A DNA stretch of 63,313 nt, the filler included, from Reclinomonas americana ATCC 50394 (taxonomy: Eukaryota), in assembly GCA_048213135.1 (NCBI GenBank). It is 13 parts of 13 records of this genome, joined end to end, with 100 filler letters (N's around TTAATTAATTAA, not from the genome) between each part and the next. Parts side by side here need not be neighbours in the genome. Positions count along the whole stretch, not along the records: positions 17,979 to 22,964 come from AFZH01020983.1; positions 23,065 to 28,259 come from AFZH01020984.1; positions 28,360 to 32,597 come from AFZH01020986.1; 10 more parts are not named here. The stretch is one strand, 5' to 3'. The position numbers were made by a program, and so were the translations under genes. Of this stretch, positions 19,700 through 30,682 are shown in pieces; within the stretch, counting starts at the first letter, position 1; each line of letters begins with the position of its first letter. The notes under the pieces were generated by a model. The model did no database searches, was not told the DNA's origin, and was given only the letters and a program-made list of their open reading frames with translations.

Positions 19700-21745
19700 A
19701 ACCTTCAAGACAGACCAGGAAGAAGACTTCGTCAGCAGTGACCACCAGAAGACGTCCATCGCAGTAACTACGAAGATGACAAAAAGAAATTGATCATATC
19801 AAGAAGAACAGTGGGGCAAGCATTGGGAAACTGTTACTTCTCTCACACCACGCCACCATGAACAAGCTGCACTCCGGCCTGAACCTGTGCACCACCCACA
19901 CCCTTGCATCGTTGGACAAACATCGAGTAACTTGTACGTAAGCTTGTCGTGCAAAGGCGAGAGATGCACTGTCGGACGTTGCGCACGCCGAGACGACGGA
20001 GGCCAGTCGACACCAAGGCCGATGCCGTGCCAATCGAGGTCACAGGGAGCACCACCAGCTCAACCTTGGCCTGATCGCCGACCTTCTGCTTGATGGCCTT
20101 GACCAACGACTCGTACTTGGCCTTCTTGCCGTTGACAGCAGACTTGACCGAGTCTTCGTTGGCGAAGGGGCACGTCAACTCCACCACCTGGACCATGGCC
20201 AAGGAGATCTCACCAGTCCCCTCTCTGGTGTGAACCAGGGTGACGTCTGGCTTGAGCCTGGCCAAGTTGGCGTGCTTGGCAACATCCACCGCCGCTGGCA
20301 GCAGGTCGGCGTCGACACTTTCGCGCGACAGCTGGCACACCACACCGTCCTCCTTGGGGCGCCGCACCAAAGCCGCTTGGAGAACGTCGAGCACGTTGTC
20401 GTGACGCGTCGTCCACATGCCCTTCAGCTTTTTACAGCCGTTGAGCAAGTGTCCGAGCGACTCCGACTCCTTGCCACAGAGCGGGCACAGCGACGCGGGG
20501 CCACCAGCGTTGCCGTTGATGACCGCCACCTTGTTGTTGAGCATGACGGAGTTGGTTCGCATCTTGCACAGGAAGCGCTGCTCCTTCTCGCTGATGCCGT
20601 TGCCCTGAGCCACCACGTCATGGGTTCCAGCAGCAGCCTTCTGCAGAAAGTCGACAAAGGCACCACACTTCCGCAAGGCCTTCCAGCTCACAATGTGGCG
20701 CTCGGAGTGGAAGTGTGACATCGCAGGAAAAAAGCGAGAGGCAAAGGGAAACACAACACCACCGTCAGCCGGCCGTCCGACCACCAGTGGAGGCTGACCA
20801 GCAGCAACAGCCGGATGCACTTCCACACTGACGCCCAACTTCAGAGAGTGCCAGAGAGCAACACCCATCAGATTGGAGCGAACAGCGCGGCGAGGAGCAT
20901 TCGGATCAGTGGCCACTTGAAACCGAGTACCTGCACCAGGAGCAGCCACAGCAGCACCGGCCTGGGGAACAACAGGAGACAACAACACAGAGAAATACCG
21001 CTGCGGCGTGACAACTGGCAGCTGCTGGTGATTGACGTCTGTGACCTCGGTCGTTTGTGCCGGTACTTGGCCACCAAACCAGCAGTCGACGTCGGCAAAG
21101 GCGAGAAGTCGTCGACACGACCACCGGCCGCCTTCACCGAGCAGTGGAGCATGTGCTCCGCCACACGGCGAGTCAGCGGACGGCGGTGTGTCAGCAGCTT
21201 CACCGCCGAGTTGATCAACAGAGAGGCCGCTCGCTCCACCACCGAGTACAGACCGAGACCAGCGGAGTGTAGAGGAAGGGAGTGCCGGAGTCGTTGTCGA
21301 GGCCGAGGCAGAGGCGGATGCTGTCGCGGATCTTGCTGTCGATTTTGGCGAGCACTTCCGGCTGAAGCTCCACGGCCGACATGACGAAGGTGGCCTTGGG
21401 GAGGACGAAGCGGCGAACGGCATCCACCTTCTGGAGCGGCAACAGCGACGACTGCTTGATGGCCTTGATCGGAGTGAAGAGCTGCTTCTCCAGCATCTTC
21501 GCCACTTGCTTCTTCGCCTCACTTGTACGTACGAGTCGGTGAGTAGAACGGGTAGCCAAGCCAACGATCGCACTCAGTGACAGATGACATGGATCGCAAC
21601 GCAGTGCCAGCCATCAGCAGCTCGGGATCGAACTCCTCCGCCACAAAATTCTGCGCCTGCATTGGACCAGTTCGGCTTGTTCCGAGCACGCAGAGCCAGC
21701 ACCAATGACTTCTGCGGGTCGTCGGCGATGCCAAACAACACTCGA
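19700..21745 (-). mobile_element. 5'-truncated, frameshifted non-LTR retrotransposon with restriction-like endonuclease (R2/NeSL-type architecture)
   Basis: RT domain 6/7 remnants (FGI...PQKS; RWLGYPF), thumb (SSLLPLQKVDAVRRFVLPK...IDSKIRDSIRLCLGL...FLYTP), CCHC knuckle CPLCGKESESLGHLLNGC, RHD, then LKPD...VELTCPF...KKAKY RLE motifs; stop at 19843. The pieces lie in at least three frames; the 3' boundary is approximate. Confidence 0.9.
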
Positions 21746-21914
21746 ACACATATATGCAATAAAGGCAGGCACACACACGAATGTCTCAGAGGAAGAGTGG
21801 CCGATCGCGAGACGCTACGAATGAACACAGATGCAAACGAAGCAGCTGCAGGGAGAGGCAAAGAGGCATGAGTGAACCAGAGAATAAATATGCAAGTTGA
21901 AAGATGAACATGTG

Positions 21915-21959
<45 letters not shown>

Positions 21960-22213
21960 CGCTCCCGATGCCATGGATCCGGATCGGAGGAGCGTGTGCC
22001 GAACTCTCAACAATCGACTTGTTGCTGACGTTGTGTCGACGTCGACTTCGACCGCGAACTTGGGGTACAGCTGTACCCCAGCTGGGGCTGCTGGGAAGAA
22101 CCCCGTCCCCTTCTTTTTCTGGTCGACCGTACCCCGTACCCGGTGGGTGAAAAATTCCTGCACCCCAGCACCCCTGCGCTGCGTGCCCCCCTTGTGTGCG
22201 ACGTCCGAGATCC

Positions 22214-22261
22214 GTTTCATCGATTGATGTCTGATATGTTTCATCGATTGATGTCTGATAT
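22214..22261. repeat. Perfect 24-bp tandem duplication
   Basis: GTTTCATCGATTGATGTCTGATAT x2. Confidence 0.9.
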
Positions 22262-22323
22262 CTTGTACCACTATATTGCTGCTCGTATATTTGGGCTTCA
22301 CCACATATACAGGCTCTCACTCT

Positions 22324-23297
22324 TTAAAGCTCATCTCGTGACGGCATGTCGTCGTCGTCGCCGCCGCCACTGGGTGGAGCGCCGCCGCTCTCCTTGTAGA
22401 TGCGCGTCACAATCGGGTTGACAATCGCCTCGGCCTCCTTGCGCTTGTCGTCGAACGACTCCTTGTCGGCGTCGCCGTGCTCCTCCAGCCACTCCAGCAG
22501 GTCCTTGTGGACCTCCGTGATCTTCTCCTCCTCGTCGTCCGACAGCTTGCCCTTCAGCTGCTTCTCGTCGTCGAGCATGTTGCGGAGGTTGTAGGCGTAG
22601 GTCTCGAGGGCGTTGCGGGCGTCGATGCGCTCCTTCAGCTTGCGATCCTCGTCGGCAAACTCCTCGGCCTCCTCCACCATGCGCTCAATCTCCTCCGCCG
22701 ACAAGCGACCCTTGTCGTTGGTGATGGTGATGCGCTCCTCGTTGCCGCTGGCCTTGTCCAGCGCCGACACCTGCATGATACCGTTGGCGTCGACCTGGAA
22801 AGTGACCTCAATCTGAGGTGTGCCACGCGGCGCCGGCGGGATGTCGTTGAGGTCGAACTGGCCCAGCAAGTGGTTGTCCTTGGTCATGGCACGCTCGCCC
22901 TCGTACACCTTGATGGTCACCGAGGTCTGGTTGTCCTGGTAGGTGGTGAACACTGTGTTGCGTANNNNNNNNNNNNNNNNNNNNNNNNNNNNNNNNNNNN
23001 NNNNNNNNTTAATTAATTAANNNNNNNNNNNNNNNNNNNNNNNNNNNNNNNNNNNNNNNNNNNNGACCGTGCTTGATGCGAAAATGTATGACGCAATGCA
23101 AACACAAACACATGCCATATGCACCAAGCAACTCACCCGTTGATCTTGTTCTCCTTCTTCTCCTCCTTCTCCTCGCCGCCCTTCTTCTTCTTGTCGTCCT
23201 TCTTGGTCTTGGCGGCAAAGGCCAACTCCGACACAAGGAGCAGCGCAATTACCAAAAACACCAGCGCGCACACGCGAGCGTGCTTTGAGAACACCAT
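22324..23297 (-). CDS. HSPA5: ER-luminal Hsp70 (BiP/GRP78); middle of the gene lost in the gap
   Basis: C-terminal part [20 protein letters not shown]...[15 protein letters not shown]...[11 protein letters not shown] ends in RDEL. Exon 1 (ATG 23297) has a signal peptide and splices to give KING-TV, the expected lead-in to IGIDLG. Confidence 0.95.
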
Positions 23298-23611
23298 GTC
23301 TGTGTGTGCGTGTGTCAACACAAGTCAGCAAAAGTACAGCAAAGAGAAAAGAGAAGAAAGAGAGCAAGTCGGAATTGCGTCAGCAGCAATGTTCCACGTA
23401 AAAGAAAAAAGAGAAGCACACGCACGGAAAGAAAGGAGGCAAGACGCAAGAGTGCAGGGAAGAGAGAGGGCGAGAGAGTCGGCAAAGAGAGAGAGAGCGA
23501 GAGACAAGTCGGCGCCTAACCTCTTCTCCGACTTGGGCTGAAAAAAGTTTGTGAGTCCGTGAATTTTCCCCGATCGCTTTTGTGGACCGAATGTCCAAAA
23601 ATCTGAGGTGC

Positions 23612-23674
23612 GACGTGGCACGGTGACACGCGTACAGCCCCCGCGAGGTGCCACGTGGGGGTCTGTCACGTGGC
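23612..23674 (-). promoter_or_regulatory. Cluster of three ACGTGG bZIP boxes upstream of BiP (UPRE/ERSE-like)
   Basis: GACGTGGC 23612-23619, GCCACGTGG 23650-23658, CACGTGGC 23667-23674, located 315-380 nt upstream of the BiP ATG. Confidence 0.5.
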
Positions 23675-23820
23675 AATCGGAACATTCCTCGACTTGTCCT
23701 TGGATTCGATGATCTCTTCTTTGTTTTTTGTTTTTGTTTGTGTTTTTATTATCGAATGCAGACGCCCTTTTTCCTTCCTCCTCTCTCTCACGCCGCCCGA
23801 GACAAGTCGACGAGTTTCCG

Positions 23821-26800
23821 TTACAGAGGCACGTTCAACAATTCGTCGGCACGGTCGATCAGCAACTGGAACGCGGCGTTGCAGTCAGTGATATTCTGGA
23901 GGAGAAGTATTTTTTGAGTACATCGCAGTTACCGATTCTGAACACCGTACTAACCCGCATCGCCACCAGTGGATTCTCGTCGCGCGACTTGAGGCACGTT
24001 GGCGAAAAGACGGTGGCCAGCGAGAGCGATCGCATCAGGTTCTTGTCGGCGTGCCGCAGAATCTCGCGCATCAGCGCCACCAGCCGCCGCAGCAGCGCCA
24101 GATTCGCACGCGGCAGCGCCAGCAGGGCACGGCGCACAATCGGAAGCGCTTCGGGGGCCTTGTCGCGTCCGATTCGTGCTGCGCGACAACGAGTTTTGAT
24201 ATTGGTGACGCGCCGCATCAACAGCACATTCTCCCAAACACTCACCACCAGCATCTACAAACGTATCGTACAGCTCATACGTGAGCAGTGGCTCCGGGAG
24301 GTCACGAAGGTACAACTTGAGCAGCGAGCACACACTCGACGTCTCCAAGTCCTCCACAGCCACATTGTAGCCTGTGCGTGCTCGGTCAGACGAGGAAGAG
24401 GAGGAAGAGCAGCACACGCGCACAGAGAAACGCACCAGCCTCGATTTGTGCCTTGACTCGCTGCAACACGGCACCGGCACCGGGCACACGGAACACGCCC
24501 TCCTCGGACGCGCCTGTGCATCACATGAACAGTGAGACCGCCGTGTGGTGACAACAAGGTGTGTGGTGCATGCGAACCGTGCGAATGAATGGCGTTGATG
24601 CAACGAACAAGAACCAGCGGCACACCGTCCTCGTCCTTGGGCACTGTACGCGGAAAACACACAGTGAGTGAGCACAGAAAGAGAGAGACACACACATACA
24701 AGCAAGAGTAGCAAGCGGCAGACGCAACAGCTGCAGTCACCCAAGCTGGCACCGAAAAACCTGACTGGAGGCACTGCGGCAAGAGCACAAGAGTGAATTG
24801 ATGACAGGGGTTGGATGACTGTCGCTTCACAGGGAGGGCGGTGGACGCACTCTCGTCGGAACGTGTTTGCGTCTCGTCCCACCTGCGCATTGTTGGTCAG
24901 TCACCACTCGAAATTCAGAGGGGCGCAAGTCGACGCAACAATATCACTTCGGTCGGCAGCGGAATGTTGTCCTTGCCTACTTGCTCGTAGAGGGCGGTCA
25001 CCGAATCTAGGTAGTGGATCTTGCGGTAAAACTTGGACGAGATGAACAGGCGAGCCAGTCGGAACACCGTCTTTTGCCAAAATGACGGGTGCAACAAGTA
25101 CAGGGCCTTCAGATTCTTCTTGTACCTGCAGCACGACATCACATCAGCGCGCCATGGCCACTCAATTCACAACACACACGTGGCACGCAACTGTCGGCCA
25201 AAAACACGGTACATGCGTTTGATCCACGAAAACGGAGGTCGGTTTGACGCCGTCATGTTTGCCTGCGCGTAGCGCACAGAAGCGTCGTCAGAATAAGCGT
25301 GGCCCCCTCGCCCACGCAGACGACCCGAGTGCGCAACTTGACAGGACACCACAACATACGGCTGCTGTACAACATCATGCATCTTGAGGATGAGGTAGCG
25401 AATGAAGCTCTCGAGTCGATCGCGGTTCGGGAAGCGCTCCATGACCATGGTGACGATTCGTCGACCCTCGCGGTCGGTTCCTGCGAGCCCCCCACACGCC
25501 ACGAACATGAGTGCAAAGAAACTAACAGAGGAAAATAGAATACGCTCGTACCAGGGAAGCTGAGAATGCGGTCGCGTTCAAAGTCCGAAAAGTCTTCAGC
25601 CTGCGCCTGCGCATACAAGGCATCGTACGACTGCTCCACACCTGCAAGCAGCACGAATCGTGTCGGTCACGAGGAAAGCACACCCGACATGCAACAAAAC
25701 AGACCAGTGTCGTCCATTCGGTGCTCCTCGGCCTCGTCCAGCGCGGCAATCTGGGCATCTGTGTGCACACACAACAACACGACCAGTGAGGACACGGCAC
25801 GACACTCCTTCTCTTTCTTTGCATGGCACGTAACCGCGCAGTGGTTCGCCGACGGGGTGATCGGCAGCCTCGCGGTCCAATCGCACTCGCAGCTCCTGCA
25901 ACTTGGCTATCCGCACCGTCAGCGCCTTGTAGTACTCGGACACATCTTCGCCTGGGTATCGCTGCTCAAAGAACTCGGACAGCAACTGTGCCGCCACGCA
26001 GTGACAGTAGGTGAGTACAAGCACAAGAGAGGGCGGTCATGCGCCACTGACCTTCGTGTACTTGGACACAATAACATGCAGTGCTGTGGCCATTTCCACA
26101 TCGTCGTCGTCCATGTCAGCCATGTCTGCACAGAACAAGACAGAGAGAGGCGCAACGCGTGAGAGACGATTCATGCGGCGATCCGGCACTGCCAACGCAC
26201 CCAGTCCGGTGCGTTCGGGAGGGCGACACAAGCCCACGAGGTACGCCGTCATCGGCTGCTGATTGCGTTCCAGGAACGGCGCCATGCACTGCATGTACGC
26301 TTCCTTGGAGCCGAAATCTGCTTGATTCGACACATTCTGCGAGTAGCGACAAGTTAGCAGCAGCCCACAATTACAACAAGACAGTGCAAAGAACGAAACC
26401 TGCAACACTTTCGAGATGAGAATCAGCTTGCGTCGCTGCTGCGGGTCGAGTGTAATGTCGATGATGCCACGATGGTCGGCCACCGCAATGGCCGGATTGA
26501 GGTATCGCAGAATCACCAGGCCACCGACCAACGGCAGTGGATCCACGCCCATTCTTCGCGACGTCTCGCTAATGTGGAAGGCGGCATTCCTGCAACACGA
26601 GAGAATGAGTGAGCACATCACCAGCGAGTTCAACGAGAGCACGAAAGACACAGCCACGCACTTGACTTCAAACGGCAACAGATCCGCGGCATGCTCGTTG
26701 ATGAATGAGTCCAACAGCTCCTGCGACGCCGCCGCCAACCGCTGTGCATTCTCCTGCGTCAGAGCCTCCTTCTCCGCGTCGCTCAGATCCGACGGCATTT

Positions 26801-27815
26801 TGCTGCGCAGCCGCACTCGTCAGCACCACACACACACACACGCACAGAGAACGAAAGACGAGGAGGCAACGCAACGCCGGATCAATCTCGAGCGATCCCG
26901 GATCGACAATGATCTCATTGAGTGACTTGCGCAGCACCACACCCAAGTACAGCTCCGGAGGTGTGTTCTCTACACAGGCGCCCAGCATGCGTCAGAGAGA
27001 GAGAGAGAGAGAGCGAGTTGACAAGCGGAGAAAACGCAACGAATGTAGGCATCGATAAACTTGGTGGTCAACGAGGCACCGCGCAGAATCGCATTCACAT
27101 TCTCCACGCTGATAAACTTGGCAAACTCGGCCTCCAACAGCGCATCCAGCACGTCGCCTGAGAGAGCACATGCATGAGCGCGCGTCTAATAGTGTGTTTG
27201 TGAGTGTCTGTGAGTGAGTAAGACCTTCGCACTGCTTGCGCCGAGAGGCCGCAGAGAGCAGGCCACCGAGCTCGGTCGAGTCGACTTTGCGGATGTTGTG
27301 AAAGAGACCGCAGAGGACCCTGTGTGCACGCGCGCGCGGTCGGGAAATGGCACCACTCTTGCACTCGCTCACACACCTTGCAACTCACAAACATAGAAAG
27401 CAGACAGACAGGCAAGGTAACAGTGTGTGTGCGTGCTGCGTGTGAATAGGAGAGAGCAGCGGAGAGAGAGAGAGACACGCACAGAGTGTTGAGAGAATGC
27501 ATTTACAAACACGAGCGCGAGAACTTGCGCGAAAAAACCTCACGTACACACACTCTCTCACACACACTCTGTCTCGCACACTCACCGACGATCTTCCAGT
27601 GTGAACTGCAGGAACCTGTCCGCAAAGAGAGAGTGAGAAAGACAGACATGCGGAGAATCATGTTTGTGTTGAGTGGTGTGTCGTGTGCTCAACTCTCGGA
27701 ACCACGAGCGGTTGTCGAGATCAGCAGCAACAGGCTCGTAGTCGTCCATCAATGAGCGGTCGCGCGCGATACTGCCTCCGCGGCTTGGTCTCAACAGTGG
27801 TGAGCCGTGAGACAT
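23821..27815 (-). CDS. RasGAP - CRAL-TRIO/BCH - RhoGAP multidomain protein (multi-exon)
   Basis: RasGAP: AILRGASLTTK, SLEIDP, VGGLVILRYLNPAI, LILISKVLQNVSNQADFGSKEAYM. BCH: GTDREGRRIV...YKKNLKALYLLHPSFW...SSKFYRKIHY. RhoGAP: FFGASL, VPLVLVRCI, EEGVFRVPG, SLLKLYLRDLPEPLLTYELY, NLMRSLSLATVFSP; stop at 23821. Confidence 0.85.
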
Positions 27816-27968
27816 GATGTTGGAGGGATGATCTGTGTGCACGTCTCTCTCTCACTCTCTCGCCCTCGCACTCACTCGCTGACGCACTGAGACACACACA
27901 CACAGATAAGCGCGACACTGAGTGTGTGCGCGTGTCAGGTGCTCACAAACGCGGCGGACAATCACGAT

Positions 27969-28259
27969 TCACTCGTCTGTTGGATTGTGTGTGGCGAGAT
28001 GGCGGTCGGCCTGCGACGGGGTGAACATGAAGACGCGTTCGCACACACTGCACTCCCATCGCTGACGCGCTTCCGTGGCTGCGGGAGGTGGTGGTGGCGG
28101 AGGTGCCGGGTTTCGTCGTTGTCGGCGGACCAGACTGACGACATCGTCTTCGTCTTCCTCCTCCTGCTCGTCTTCTTCCTCCTTCTGCTCATCATCCATC
28201 GCCATCCGCGTAGTTTCTTGTCTTCCACCACCATCACCATCATCATCATCATCCCCATA
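27969..28259 (-). CDS. 3' end of an acidic/Pro-rich protein with a terminal C2H2 zinc finger
   Basis: WECSVCERVFMFTPSQADRHLATH followed by a stop; the 5' part lies in the gap. Confidence 0.55.
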   Translation of the reverse strand, partial: YGDDDDDGDGGGRQETTRMAMDDEQKEEEDEQEEEDEDDVVSLVRRQRRNPAPPPPPPPAATEARQRWECSVCERVFMFTPSQADRHLATHNPTDE

Positions 28260-28397
28260 NNNNNNNNNNNNNNNNNNNNNNNNNNNNNNNNNNNNNNNNN
28301 NNNTTAATTAATTAANNNNNNNNNNNNNNNNNNNNNNNNNNNNNNNNNNNNNNNNNNNNACTGTTGGACGCTAAACTCTGACCGCATGTGACGCAGA

Positions 28398-29571
28398 GAT
28401 CGATCTGAGCAACCCGCAGTGCGGTCGCTCGACTCCCGACTACCCCGGCACGTCGCCGTACGTCACCGTCGTCGGTGCGTTCAATAGACTTGTCAGTTAT
28501 GTGGGTTCCACCGCGGTCACTGACTTCGCATGAGCAGGCGGCACACAGCTGTCGGCTGAGCGCTCACCCGTGGCCCTCATTCCCAAGACGGCCACTGGTT
28601 TCCGCTACAACACAGAGGTGGCCGAGATTATGTGCGACGGCGGCAAGGGTGGTGTGATTACTAGCGGAGGTGGTTTCAGCGACGTGTACGGCCGCCCAGC
28701 GTACCAGGTCCGTAATCATCGTTCCACACCTCTCTCAACAATGTGTGTGTTTACGGAACATGCGTATGCGTGCGCAGAACGACGTGGTGAACACGTACCT
28801 GAGCCATGTGGTTCCGCAGCCGGATCCCAACTTCTTCAGCAGGAACGGTCGTGCGTACCCCGATGTGGCCGCGCTCGCGCACAACTACCTGGTGTACCTG
28901 CAGGGCGCCATCCAGACCATTCGTTGCGCACATTTCTCTGTGTTGTCTGTCTCGTTGCCCCTGTTTGTTAACACCCTCTGGGCACAGACGGCACTTCGGC
29001 TGCCACTCCCGTGTTCGCGGCCGTGGTTGCTCTGCTGAATGAGGAGCGCCTGAACAACTACCTGCCACCGCTGGGCTTCCTCAACCCGATGCTGTACCAG
29101 ATGTACGCGGAGATGCCGCAGACGTTCACCGACATCACCGTCGGCAACAACAACTGCATTGCTTTCGCCTCGTACTGCTGCGACCCGACGCAGGGCTTCT
29201 CGGCGTGGACTGGCTGGGACGCCGCCACCGGCCTCGGCTCACCCGTCTACTACGAGATGGTCCGCTACGTGCTGAAGCCGGCAAAGGTTTGCGTCCCTTG
29301 ATATCGGTGCTGCGTGTTGCTCTTTTCCACTCGTGCTGATGCTCGCCCCCCCTTTGCCACACGTCAGCCAAACATGGGCCTGTGGGTCCTGGCGAGCATT
29401 GGCGTCGGCTTTGGCGGCCTGGCTCTGCTGGCAATCATTGTGCTGGTGGTGCTGACCATCATCATGAAGCGCCGCAAGAAGAACCGCCGCGGACAGGGCT
29501 TGACCACCGCTGCGGCACAGGACGCCTACGGCTCCATCAACGATCCGCACAACCGCGGCAAGGCCCTCTAA
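28398..29571 (+). CDS. Sedolisin/S53 tripeptidyl-peptidase-like protease with C-terminal transmembrane anchor (3' part)
   Basis: PDYPGTSPYVTVVG-GT, SGGGFS, GRAYPDVAA, catalytic GTSAATP, LGFLNPMLY, FTDITVGNN, GWDAATGLGSP; the last exon encodes a hydrophobic helix plus KRRKK and a YGSI tail. Confidence 0.92.
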
Positions 29572-29600
29572 ACATACACACAGATTTTTCTTCCCACACA

Positions 29601-30441
29601 TTACACAAACAATTTTTCGTCTTCAATTCCTCCAGACTCAGTACTTTTTCCTCCCGGATAGCACACGCACCCAGATGGCTACCGAGGATAAACAGCAAGG
29701 AGTGAGACACGTGTGTGTTGGGAGGCCGACTCTCTGGCTTGCAAGACGCACCTGCAATCGGCATTGACACGGCGGCAATCAAGTTGAAGAAGAACATGAC
29801 GACTTGAGCGGCAGCAAATGCCTGCACACATCACCACCACAGTTGGTCTCTCCCCCCCTGTCTTTTTCCCTTCAACCACACCACGCACCATGCCGGCCTT
29901 ATCAAAGTTCGTCTGCAACGCATCCCAGCAGAAAAAGGACGTCACCACCGACGCCATGGAGACGACATTGGCCACCGCAAACACCGTCAAGATGGAGCAC
30001 ACACGATTGCGCGACACAGCGAACAAGATGAACGTGGCGACCCACACCGCAGCCGAGATCATGGCCAGTGACTGTCAAAATCAAAACACACACACACAAA
30101 AGCATGAGCGTGGGGAGGGAGGAAAAGGCAGTGTTGAGGCACGCAACAACAGAGGCCACGAGCACCGGTCGCGCGCGCACTGCCGACGTGTATCCCTTCA
30201 GTAGCACAGCAGAGACACCCGTCTGCAGCGCAATGCACAGGATTGTGACACTGACACCAAACAACTGCCAAGCGAACCCCGTTGTGAGACGCACGCACAA
30301 AGTGAGCAAAAGACGAGGAAGCAAAGTGTGCGCAACGAGAAAGAACCGAGTCAACATCTGCGCGCGCAAAATAACATCAATTCATAGTCAGTGATCAACG
30401 ACAACAGAAGACACACACACACACACACACATTCTTTCTTC

Positions 30442-30473
<32 letters not shown>

Positions 30474-30606
30474 CACTCAATCCGTCACTCACTCCTTCTC
30501 TCACACACAAAACTCTCACCGGTGAAATGTCTCTTTGCAAGGCATCCTCCACCACCCAATCCCGCGTTTGTGCATCTGAGCCCAACAGCGGCTTCTTGTC
30601 GGCCAT
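29601..30606 (-). CDS. Small multi-pass membrane protein, hypothetical
   Basis: MADKKPLLG start (dileucine-like) and about four hydrophobic segments across spliced exons; boundaries approximate. Confidence 0.5.
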
Positions 30607-30682
30607 GATCTCTCCACACCAAACACACAGACGAGACAAAAGATATTACTCGCGCTTCCCGCACTTTTTCATTCCCCCCATC

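Noticed and set aside
19843..21573. The 576-aa ORF as a single intact retrotransposon protein
   Set aside because: Its first 200 or so residues are off-frame; the real RT/thumb sequence lies in overlapping frames (21215..21559, 20868..21242).
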